DNA of 64,000 nucleotides from Gammaproteobacteria bacterium (GTDB lineage: Bacteria; Pseudomonadota; Gammaproteobacteria; Natronospirales; JAIVGZ01), in contig JBBEAN010000015.1 in NCBI GenBank assembly GCA_040882865.1, positions 40,779 through 104,778 on the forward strand. The letters are read 5' to 3'. A program made the position numbers and the translations under genes. The stretch's first letter is position 1; each line of letters starts with the position of its first letter. Of this stretch, positions 56,051 to 64,000 are shown piece by piece. The notes beneath the pieces were generated by a model. The model saw only the letters and a list, made by a program, of their open reading frames with translations, was not told where the DNA came from and did no database searches.

Positions 56051-57085
56051 TCAGGCTTCAGCCGCCTCGGCCTCGGGTTCCGCTGCCTCGCGTTTCGGGG
56101 GCAGCAATTGCGCGCGGACCTTCGCTTCGATGTCCGCTGCCATTTCAGGGTTATCCACGAGGAACTGGCGCGCATTGTCCTTCCCCTGACCGATGCGGTC
56201 GCCGTTGTAGCTGTACCAGGCGCCGGACTTCTCGACCAGGTCGAGCTTCACGCCGAGATCGAGGATTTCGCTCTGACGCGAGATGCCAGAGCCGTAGCGG
56301 ATTTCGAACTCGGCCTGCTTGAACGGCGGCGCCATTTTGTTCTTGACGACTTTTACGCGGGTCTCGTTGCCGATGACCTCGTCGCCGACCTTAATCGAGC
56401 CGATGCGACGGATATCGAGGCGCACCGACGCGTAGAATTTCAGCGCGTTGCCACCGGTCGTCGTTTCGGGGCTACCGAACATCACGCCGATCTTCATGCG
56501 GATCTGGTTGATGAAAATGACCATCGTGTTCGAGCGCTTGATGTTCGCGGTGAGTTTGCGCAGCGCCTGCGACATGAGCCGCGCTTGGAGGCCCATGTGG
56601 CTGTCGCCCATCTCGCCTTCGATCTCGGCTTTCGGGGTCAGCGCCGCGACCGAGTCGACCACGACCACGTCGACCGCGCCCGAGCGCACCAGCATGTCCG
56701 TGATTTCCAGCGCCTGTTCACCGGTGTCCGGCTGTGACACGAGCAGGTCATCGACGTTCACGCCGAGCTTCTGGGCATAGCCGGGGTCCAACGCGTGCTC
56801 GGCATCCACGAAGGCGCAGGTGCCGCCCATGCGCTGGGCCTCGGCAACCACTTGCAGCGTGAGGGTGGTCTTGCCCGAGGACTCCGGGCCATAGATCTCG
56901 ACGACGCGGCCGCGCGGGAGGCCCCCGATGCCGAGCGCGATATCGAGCGCGAGCGAGCCGGTCGAAATCACCTCGACATCGCGGACGACCCCGCCGTCGC
57001 CCATGCGCATCACCGAACCCTTGCCGAACTGCTTCTCGATTTGGGTCAACGCGGCGCCCAGCGCCTTGCGTTTGTTGTCGTCCAT
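56051..57085 (-). CDS. recA: recombinase RecA
   Basis: Start moved to ATG 57085 ([30 protein letters not shown]). Walker [10 protein letters not shown]. Confidence 0.95.
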   Translation of the reverse strand: MDDNKRKALGAALTQIEKQFGKGSVMRMGDGGVVRDVEVISTGSLALDIALGIGGLPRGRVVEIYGPESSGKTTLTLQVVAEAQRMGGTCAFVDAEHALDPGYAQKLGVNVDDLLVSQPDTGEQALEITDMLVRSGAVDVVVVDSVAALTPKAEIEGEMGDSHMGLQARLMSQALRKLTANIKRSNTMVIFINQIRMKIGVMFGSPETTTGGNALKFYASVRLDIRRIGSIKVGDEVIGNETRVKVVKNKMAPPFKQAEFEIRYGSGISRQSEILDLGVKLDLVEKSGAWYSYNGDRIGQGKDNARQFLVDNPEMAADIEAKVRAQLLPPKREAAEPEAEAAEA

Positions 57086-57121
57086 AGTCTTGCTCCTGCC
57101 CCGCACGCGAATGAACTGTGA

Positions 57122-57352
57122 TTATCGCACGGACGCGGGGGCGGTCCTAGCGACGACCGAGTACCGGACCCCGGCATCGGTCCCATCCGAACGGCGGAGC
57201 GCAATGTCGTCGACACGCCATTCAAGCGGCGGCCCTTGCCACGTCAGCGTGGGTGCGCGCGCGTCGAACCCAGTTCGAATGAAAACGGTTTGACTGGTCA
57301 GCGCGTCACGCAGCTCGGCGGGCGGCCAGAGCGCGACGAAGCACCGAATCAC
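57122..57352 (-). pseudogene. ThpR/LigT (2H phosphoesterase)-like remnant ORF, 76 codons
   Basis: GTG 57352 forms a GTGA overlap with the cinA/pncC stop. The N-terminus [18 protein letters not shown] resembles the ThpR start and the C-terminus W-VDDIALRRS....G..Y resembles the ThpR end. The central ~100 aa with both HxT/S motifs is absent. Confidence 0.35.
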
Positions 57353-57828
57353 ACCCGGGCCAACCCCTCGAGCGCCGCGGCGACGGTGCGGCGACGCACC
57401 TGCTCGCGCGCGCCGCCGAATTGGAACCGCTCGGCCACAAGCACATCGCCGTGCGCCCACGCAACCCACACGAGGCCGACTGGCTTGTCGTCGGTACCCC
57501 CCGTCGGGCCGGCGATGCCGGAGACCGCGCACGCGTAGGCGACGCCCGCGAGCCGCTGCGCGCCGCGGGCCATTTCGCGCACAACGGGCTCGCTGACGGC
57601 GCCGTTTTCGCGCAGCGTAAGGGGGTCGACGCCCAGCATCGCCTGCTTGGCGTCGTTGCTGTAGCTGACCCACCCGCCCGCGAACCACGCCGCGCTGCCG
57701 GCCACATCGGTACAGGCTTTCGCGATCCAACCGCCGGTACACGATTCTGCGAGCGCCAGTTGCGCGCCCTCGTGCTGCAGGCGCTCGCCAACGGCCATCG
57801 CGAGGTCTTTCAATTGCTCGTCGTTCAT
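57349..57828 (-). CDS. pncC: CinA C-terminal domain protein / nicotinamide-nucleotide amidohydrolase PncC
   Basis: Start moved to ATG 57828 ([43 protein letters not shown]..). Confidence 0.85.
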   Translation of the reverse strand: MNDEQLKDLAMAVGERLQHEGAQLALAESCTGGWIAKACTDVAGSAAWFAGGWVSYSNDAKQAMLGVDPLTLRENGAVSEPVVREMARGAQRLAGVAYACAVSGIAGPTGGTDDKPVGLVWVAWAHGDVLVAERFQFGGAREQVRRRTVAAALEGLARV

Positions 57829-57849
57829 CGATGTTCTAGTGTACCGCCC

Positions 57850-60237
57850 GTGTTGACCGATCACACCCCGATGATGCGCCAGTACCTGGCGATCAAACGC
57901 GACCATCCCGACCTCTTGGTCTTCTACCGGATGGGCGACTTCTATGAATTGTTCTACGACGATGCGCGCAAGGCAGCGGCGTTGCTCGACATCACGCTGA
58001 CGACGCGCGGACAGTCCGCGGGCGCGCCCATACCGATGGCCGGTGTCCCCCATCACTCGGCCGAGGGTTATCTCGCGCGGCTCGTGCGCGCCGGCGAATC
58101 GGTTGCGGTCTGCGAGCAAGTCGGCGACCCGGCCACGAGCAAGGGCCCTGTCGAGCGCCGCGTGACGCGCATCGTGACGCCGGGCACCCTGACCGACGAC
58201 GCGTTGCTCGACGCGCGGCGCGACACCCTGCTCGCCGCGGTCAGCCGCGCGCCGACCGGCTGGGGTCTCGCTTGGCTCGATCTCGCGGGCGGACGGTTTT
58301 GCGCGCTCGAATGCGACGATGCCGACGCATTGGCCGCGGAACTGGACCGGCTGGCGCCGGCCGAACTGCTCGCCGGGGAAGATCTCGTGCTCCCGGCGGC
58401 AATCGACCGGCTACGCGGGCTGCGCCGGCGTCCGCCATGGCACTTCGACGCCGTGAGCGCGACGCGCGCGCTGACGGCGCAATTCGGCACGCGCACGCTC
58501 GACGGGTTCGGGCTCGGCGGACTGCCCGCGGCGACCGCGGCCGCCGGCTGCCTGCTTCAATATGTGAAGGACACCCAGCGCACTGCATTGCCGCATTTGA
58601 CCGCGCTGTCGGTCGAGCAGCGCTCGGACACCCTGTTGCTCGACCCGGTCACGCGCCGCAACCTCGAAATCGATGCCTCCCTCTCGGGTCACCCCGAGTG
58701 GACGCTGTGTGGCGTGCTCGACCAGTGTGCGACGGCCATGGGTAGTCGATTGCTGCGCCGATGGCTGGGCCGGCCGCTACGCGACCGCGGCGTCCTCAAC
58801 GCGCGCCTTGACGCAGTCGGAAGGATCGCTGAACGCGTCGCGTATCCCCCGTTGCATGAACGTCTTTCCGGCATCGGCGACGCCGAGCGGATTCTCGCGC
58901 GCGTTGCACTCGGCTCGGCGCGGCCGCGTGATCTTGCCGCATTACGGGAAGTCCTCGGTCGGTTGCCCGCGTTGCAGGCCGCGCTTTCCGGACTCGATAC
59001 CCCGTTACTCAAAGCGCTCGCACAGGAGACTGGCGAGCACCCTGAGACCCATGCGCTGCTCGAGCGTGCAATCGCGGAGACGCCGGCCCCGCAACTCCGT
59101 GATGGCGACGTCATCGCGCGGGGTTTCGATACGGAGCTCGACGACCTTCGGGAAATCGCCACGCACGGCGACCGATTCCTCGACGAGCTCGAACAACGTG
59201 AGCGCGATCGCACCGGCATCGCCACGCTGAAGCTCGGTTACAACCGCGTCCACGGCTATTACATTGAAGTGGGCCGCAGCCACGCTGACCGTGTACCCGC
59301 CGATTACCAGCGCCGCCAAACCTTGAAGTCGGCAGAGCGCTATGTGACGCCGGAGTTGAAGTCGCACGAAGAGCGGGTGCTCGGTGCGCGCGACCGCGCC
59401 GCGGCGCGCGAGAAAGACCTCTACCACGCGCTGGTCGCAGAATTGCAAACGGTGTTGCCGAAGTTGCAGGCAACCGCAACCGCGCTTGCAACGCTCGATG
59501 TGCTGGTCACTCTCGCTGAGCGCGCGGTCACGCTGAACTATCGGCGCCCTGAACTTGTGCAGGAAGCGCGCATCACGATCACTGACGGCCGTCATCCGGT
59601 CGTCGAGCGCGTACTCCAAGAGCCGTTCGTGGCCAACGGACTTGTGCTCGACGACAAGCGTCGGATGCTGGTGATCACGGGGCCGAACATGGGTGGGAAG
59701 TCGACGTACATGCGTCAGACAGCGTTGATCGTGGTGCTCGCACACATCGGCAGCTTCGTACCGGCCGCTGCGGCGTGCATCGGCCCGATTGACCGCGTAT
59801 TCACGCGCATCGGTGCGGGCGACGATCTCGCCGGCGGCCGCTCTACGTTCATGGTGGAGATGACCGAGACCGCGAACATCCTGCACAACGCGAGCTCGGA
59901 GAGCCTGGTGTTGATGGACGAAGTCGGACGCGGCACCTCAACCTACGACGGGCTATCGCTTGCGTGGGCCTGCGCGGGTTTCCTCGCGCGCGAGGTTCGC
60001 GCATTCACGCTTTTCGCAACCCATTATTTTGAGCTCACCGAGCTTGCGGACACGCACGGCACCTGCGCAAACGTTCATCTGGACGCGGTCGAACACGGGG
60101 ATTCGTTGGTATTCCTGCACGCGGTGCAGGATGGACCGGCAAACAAGAGCTTCGGGCTGCAGGTCGCACGCCTGGCCGGACTGCCGCGGTCGGTGGTCGA
60201 CGAAGCTGCCGCCTACCTCGCGGTCAAAACGAAATGA
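57850..60237 (+). CDS. mutS: DNA mismatch repair protein MutS (lacks the usual C-terminal ~50-aa domain)
   Basis: GTG 57850 (alternatives TTG 57853, ATG 57871). ..[35 protein letters not shown]. Walker [10 protein letters not shown]. Ends ..[14 protein letters not shown]. Confidence 0.9.
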   Translation: MLTDHTPMMRQYLAIKRDHPDLLVFYRMGDFYELFYDDARKAAALLDITLTTRGQSAGAPIPMAGVPHHSAEGYLARLVRAGESVAVCEQVGDPATSKGPVERRVTRIVTPGTLTDDALLDARRDTLLAAVSRAPTGWGLAWLDLAGGRFCALECDDADALAAELDRLAPAELLAGEDLVLPAAIDRLRGLRRRPPWHFDAVSATRALTAQFGTRTLDGFGLGGLPAATAAAGCLLQYVKDTQRTALPHLTALSVEQRSDTLLLDPVTRRNLEIDASLSGHPEWTLCGVLDQCATAMGSRLLRRWLGRPLRDRGVLNARLDAVGRIAERVAYPPLHERLSGIGDAERILARVALGSARPRDLAALREVLGRLPALQAALSGLDTPLLKALAQETGEHPETHALLERAIAETPAPQLRDGDVIARGFDTELDDLREIATHGDRFLDELEQRERDRTGIATLKLGYNRVHGYYIEVGRSHADRVPADYQRRQTLKSAERYVTPELKSHEERVLGARDRAAAREKDLYHALVAELQTVLPKLQATATALATLDVLVTLAERAVTLNYRRPELVQEARITITDGRHPVVERVLQEPFVANGLVLDDKRRMLVITGPNMGGKSTYMRQTALIVVLAHIGSFVPAAAACIGPIDRVFTRIGAGDDLAGGRSTFMVEMTETANILHNASSESLVLMDEVGRGTSTYDGLSLAWACAGFLAREVRAFTLFATHYFELTELADTHGTCANVHLDAVEHGDSLVFLHAVQDGPANKSFGLQVARLAGLPRSVVDEAAAYLAVKTK

Positions 60238-60748
60238 AGACCCCGACGCCCACGAAGGTCGGTCGATCGGTCGCGCGGTTCGCGCCCGCTTCAAAGCCCC
60301 ATGTGTCACTGGTCGGGCGCCAGCGCGCGCCCGCGCCCGCGATCGTGATGCGGCGCGATTCGGTCAACGGAAGATTGATGTTTGCGGTCCTGACGTCGAT
60401 GTCCATGACGTCGAAGCGACCGAACACTTCAAACGGGCCGAACGCCTGTTGGTTGAACGCGACCGAATACCCACGCGTCGCATAATCCGCCCAGAACGGC
60501 GAGGACACGACCGCTCTCGGCAAGGTCTGCGCGTCGTGCCATGACATCCGCACGTCAAGCGTCGGGCCGAACGCCCAGGTACCGGAGACTTCGAAGCCGT
60601 GTCGATCATCACGCGCGCCAGCGAACTGGTCCTCGGGGAATTCGACACGAGCGGGCTCGATCGACAGTTGCAGGTCGGCTGCGTGCGCCGTCGGCGCAAT
60701 GACCGCAGCGAGCAAGAGTCGCGTCAGTAGTGTGTTGATCCGTGTCAT
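60224..60748 (-). CDS. small outer-membrane beta-barrel protein, unknown function
   Basis: SD AGGAGG. Signal peptide ..APTAHA. Alternating beta-strand pattern and terminal ..GVFISF. Overlaps the mutS 3' end by 14 nt (convergent). Confidence 0.6.
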   Translation of the reverse strand: MTRINTLLTRLLLAAVIAPTAHAADLQLSIEPARVEFPEDQFAGARDDRHGFEVSGTWAFGPTLDVRMSWHDAQTLPRAVVSSPFWADYATRGYSVAFNQQAFGPFEVFGRFDVMDIDVRTANINLPLTESRRITIAGAGARWRPTSDTWGFEAGANRATDRPTFVGVGVFISF

Positions 60749-60799
60749 TGGTCTCGCCCCTCCTGGGCTTCCCCGAACGGGGATTCTACGCTTACGCAG

Positions 60800-61897
60800 T
60801 CAGCCGGGCAAAGCCATCATTCGCTCCAATGCCACCCTGGCCTGCGCCGCCTCGGGTTCCGGCACCCGGATCCGGTTGACGATACGCCCATCAACCATGT
60901 TCTCCAGTGTCCACAGCAGGTGCTGGGGGTCAATCCGGTACATCGTGGAGCACATACACACAATCGGCGACATGAAATGTACGGCAACACCCTTAGGCTT
61001 CAACTCATGGTGCATCCGGTTGACGAGATTCAACTCGGTCCCGACCAGCCAGCGTGAGCCCGAAGGCGATGCGCTGACCGTCTTCAGGATGAATTCCGTA
61101 GAGCCCACGAAGTCCGATTTCGCGCAGACTTCGTATGAACATTCAGGGTGACTTATGACGCGAGATTCAGGGTATTTCTCGCGGAACCGGTCGATGTCGG
61201 CCGCCTGGAACATCTGGTGGACCGAGCAGAAGCCATTCCAAAGCAAGACCTTCGCCGCGCGCACTTGTTCCGGGGTCAGGCCGCCCAACGGCTTCGTGAA
61301 ATCCCAGACCACCATCTCGTCGAGGCCGATGCCCATGCGCGCAGCCGTGTTCCGCCCAAGATGCTGGTCGGGAAAGAACAGGATTTTCTCGCGCCGCTCG
61401 AACGCCCAGCGCAATACCGCGGGCGCATTCGTGGACGTACAGACCAGCCCATCGTGGCGGCCGCAAAACGCCTTCAAGTTCGCGGCGGAGTTGATGTAGG
61501 TGACCGGTGTGATCGAAGTGTCCGGGTCCAGCACACTGCCGAGCTCCTGCCACGCGCGCTCGACCGCGGCAAGGTCGGCCATGTCGGCCATCGAGCAACC
61601 CGCGGCCATGTCCGGCAGAACCACGACCTGACCGGACCGCGACATGATGTCGGCGACCTCGGCCATGAAATGCACACCGCAGAACACGATGTGCTCGGCG
61701 TCGGTGTCGCGCGCGAGGTGCGCGAGCCGCAGCGAGTCGCCGGTCAGATCAGCGTGTCGGTACACTTCTTCGCGCTGGTAGTGGTGCCCGAGAATCACCG
61801 CGCGACCCGCGAGCCGCGCCTTCGCTTCGACGATGCGCGTGTGGCAGTCACCGTCCGCCAGCCCCGCGTACCCGTCGATGTCGAGCAGCGCGGCCAT
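60800..61897 (-). CDS. nadA: quinolinate synthase
   Basis: 365 aa. ..VILGHHYQREEV..FCGVHFMAEVADI..CSMADMA.. with conserved cysteines for the 4Fe-4S cluster. The start shares 1 nt with the aspS stop (TGATG). Confidence 0.85.
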   Translation of the reverse strand: MAALLDIDGYAGLADGDCHTRIVEAKARLAGRAVILGHHYQREEVYRHADLTGDSLRLAHLARDTDAEHIVFCGVHFMAEVADIMSRSGQVVVLPDMAAGCSMADMADLAAVERAWQELGSVLDPDTSITPVTYINSAANLKAFCGRHDGLVCTSTNAPAVLRWAFERREKILFFPDQHLGRNTAARMGIGLDEMVVWDFTKPLGGLTPEQVRAAKVLLWNGFCSVHQMFQAADIDRFREKYPESRVISHPECSYEVCAKSDFVGSTEFILKTVSASPSGSRWLVGTELNLVNRMHHELKPKGVAVHFMSPIVCMCSTMYRIDPQHLLWTLENMVDGRIVNRIRVPEPEAAQARVALERMMALPG

Positions 61898-63648
61898 CAG
61901 CCTTTCTTCAGCGTGATCCGAAGTTCGCGCAACTGGGCGTCGGACACCAATCCCGGTGCGTCGGTGAGGGGGTCATGCGCGGTCTGCGTCTTCGGGAATG
62001 CCATCACGTCGCGAATCGACGTCGCGCCCGCCATCAGCATCACGAGGCGGTCGAGGCCAAATGCGATACCGCCGTGCGGCGGCGCGCCGTACTTCAGCGC
62101 GTCGAGCAGGAAGCCGAATTTCTCGCGCGCCTCGTCGTCGGCGATGCCGAGCAGACGGAACACTTCGCTCTGCATGTCGCTCCGGTGGATACGCACCGAG
62201 CCACCGCCGATTTCCGTCCCGTTCAACACCATGTCATACGCACGCGACACGGCGGTCCGTGGATTCGCGCGTAACTCATCGACGTCGTCAACGCGCGGCG
62301 CAGTGAATGGATGATGCAATGCAAGCCAGCGCTTCGATTCCATGTCGTATTCGAACATCGGGAAGTCAACGACCCACAGTGGCTGCCAACCCGGCGCGAC
62401 GAGGCCGAGGTCGTGGGCGATTTTCACGCGCAATGCGCCGAGCGCGTCGTTTACGACACGCGCATCGTCGGCGCCGAAGAAAATGATATCCCCGGCGAGC
62501 GCGCCCGTTCGCTCGACGATGGTCTTCACCACCGCCTCCGGCAGGAACTTGAGAATCGGCGCGGACGGCCCGTCATCGGTCATCTTGATGTACGCGAGGC
62601 CTTTTGCGCCGTAACGGCCCACAAACGCGGTGTATGCGTCGATGTCCTTACGCGACAGCGCGGCGCCGCCCGGCACGCGCAATGCTGCCACGCGGCCGTC
62701 GGGGTTCGCGGCGGGTCCGGAGAAAACCTTGAACTCAACACCCTCGACGGCGTCATCGACACCCACGAGCTCAAGCGCGATGCGCAGGTCCGGCTTGTCA
62801 GACCCGTAGCGCGCCATCGCGTCGGCATACGGGAGGCGCGGGAACGGCTTCGGCAATTCGACGCCGAGCGTCTCCGAGAACAGCGCGCGGATCATACCCT
62901 CCATCGAGCGCATGATCGCTTCCTCGTCGAGGAACGAAGTTTCGATGTCGAGCTGCGTAAATTCCGGCTGGCGGTCCGCGCGCAAATCTTCGTCGCGGAA
63001 GCAGCGCACGATCTGGTAGTACCGGTCGAGCCCGGACATCATCAACAGCTGCTTGAAGAGTTGGGGCGACTGCGGCAGCGCGAAGAACCGGCCTGGGTGC
63101 GTGCGGCTCGGTACGAGATAGTCGCGCGCACCTTCCGGCGTCGCGCGGGTCAGCATCGGCGTCTCCACGTCCACGAAACCCTCATCATCGAGGTAACGAC
63201 GTAGCGCGCGCGTGACCGCGTGACGCAGGCGTAAGCGCTGCTGCATCAAGGGCCGACGCAAGTCGATATAGCGATATCGCAGCCGGATCTCTTCGCCGAT
63301 ATCCTCGTCGTCCAGTTGGAACGGCGGCGTTTCGGCGCGGTTGAGTATCTCCAGCTCGCTCACGAGCACCTCGACCTCGCCGGTCTGCATGTTCGCGTTG
63401 ACCGTGCCCTCCGGGCGACGGCGGACCAGACCGCGCGCGCTGACGACATATTCACTGCGCAGGCGCTCGGCAACGGCGAAGACGTCGGCAGCATCCGGAT
63501 CGAACACGAGCTGCACGACGCCCTCGCGGTCACGCAAGTCAACGAAGATGACGCCGCCGTGGTCGCGCCGACGCTGTACCCAGCCCGAGAGCGTGATTTC
63601 TTGGTCTAGATGTTCTGCGGTGACCAGTCCGCAATAATGAGTCCGCAT
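61897..63648 (-). CDS. aspS: aspartate--tRNA ligase
   Basis: [43 protein letters not shown].. An alternative ATG lies 4 codons upstream at 63660. Confidence 0.95.
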   Translation of the reverse strand: MRTHYCGLVTAEHLDQEITLSGWVQRRRDHGGVIFVDLRDREGVVQLVFDPDAADVFAVAERLRSEYVVSARGLVRRRPEGTVNANMQTGEVEVLVSELEILNRAETPPFQLDDEDIGEEIRLRYRYIDLRRPLMQQRLRLRHAVTRALRRYLDDEGFVDVETPMLTRATPEGARDYLVPSRTHPGRFFALPQSPQLFKQLLMMSGLDRYYQIVRCFRDEDLRADRQPEFTQLDIETSFLDEEAIMRSMEGMIRALFSETLGVELPKPFPRLPYADAMARYGSDKPDLRIALELVGVDDAVEGVEFKVFSGPAANPDGRVAALRVPGGAALSRKDIDAYTAFVGRYGAKGLAYIKMTDDGPSAPILKFLPEAVVKTIVERTGALAGDIIFFGADDARVVNDALGALRVKIAHDLGLVAPGWQPLWVVDFPMFEYDMESKRWLALHHPFTAPRVDDVDELRANPRTAVSRAYDMVLNGTEIGGGSVRIHRSDMQSEVFRLLGIADDEAREKFGFLLDALKYGAPPHGGIAFGLDRLVMLMAGATSIRDVMAFPKTQTAHDPLTDAPGLVSDAQLRELRITLKKG

Positions 63649-63661
63649 AAGGCGCGCCATG

Positions 63662-63934
63662 TTACGGCTTTGCCGGTGTCGAGTCGACGGGCTTCGTGTC
63701 GGATTTCTCTACCGGTTTCGCGTCGCTGCCCTCGGCGAGGTGGCGCTTGTTGTCCGACTTGAAGTCGGTTTCATACCAGCCACCGCCCTTGAGACGGAAC
63801 GCCGGCGCCGACATCAGTCGCTGCAGCGCTGCGGCCCCGCACGCCGGACACTCGACGAGCGGCTCATCGCTGAACTTCTGAAGCGCCTCGAGGCGGTGCT
63901 TGCAGGCGGTGCATTGGTACTCGTAAAAGGGCAT
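63662..63934 (-). CDS. FmdB-family zinc-ribbon protein
   Basis: [33 protein letters not shown].. CxxC...CxxC. Confidence 0.8.
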   Translation of the reverse strand: MPFYEYQCTACKHRLEALQKFSDEPLVECPACGAAALQRLMSAPAFRLKGGGWYETDFKSDNKRHLAEGSDAKPVEKSDTKPVDSTPAKP

Positions 63935-64000
63935 CGGCGAATTATACCGCGTCTACCCCGGGGATAACGCGACCTGCCTGAGTCCAGCGGCCTCATCCAG

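Noticed and set aside
57116-57131. Possible LexA (SOS) box upstream of recA: CTGT-GATTATCG-CACG overlapping a minus-strand GATAAT.
   Set aside because: Only one half-site matches the CTGT-N8-ACAG consensus. The LexA motif of this lineage is unknown to me, so I cannot support an operator call.
57353-57742. Upstream 130 codons of the 206-aa ORF 57122-57742(-).
   Set aside because: This part is entirely out of frame within pncC and Arg/Gly-rich. Only the last 76 codons downstream of the pncC stop are considered further.

Overview
Visibly GC-rich gammaproteobacterial chromosome segment. The right end has the synteny mutS / cinA-recA-recX-alaS-lysC-csrA-tRNA-Ser-tRNA-Arg. About 40 kb (4.6-44.2 kb) is a dense amino-acid and acyl-CoA catabolic supercluster with no recognisable regulator gene. 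It contains IcmF, leucine dehydrogenase, a liu-type leucine pathway with a thiolase, ETF/ETF-QO, acetoacetyl-CoA synthetase, the homogentisate pathway chained to fadE-nudC-gdh, kynA, a BCKDH-type E1/E2 complex and the large NAD-GDH. The accessory part is 44.2-50.4 kb. It holds two degraded, integrase-less islets in tandem at tRNA-Arg(ACG), bounded by three copies of the tRNA 3' half and by conserved arm sequences. Their cargo is an ECF-sigma module, a serine hydrolase, a deleted oxidoreductase pseudogene and an orphan XRE antitoxin. The most unusual signals are three. (1) Two related hairpin-rich 64-79 nt insertions sit at the identical T-loop position (GATT^CGAA) of duplicated 3' fragments of two different tRNAs. 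(2) A REP-like family (GTRGGAGCGRCGC-loop-GCGYCGCGATT) has nine copies, two of them in frame inside coding regions (icmF, zapE) and several supplying or touching stop codons. (3) Three catabolic genes show TATAAT-N6/8-ATG, leaderless-type promoter geometry. No CRISPR array, rRNA gene, transposase or integrase gene was seen. All functional calls come from reading motifs in the supplied translations, with no database search.
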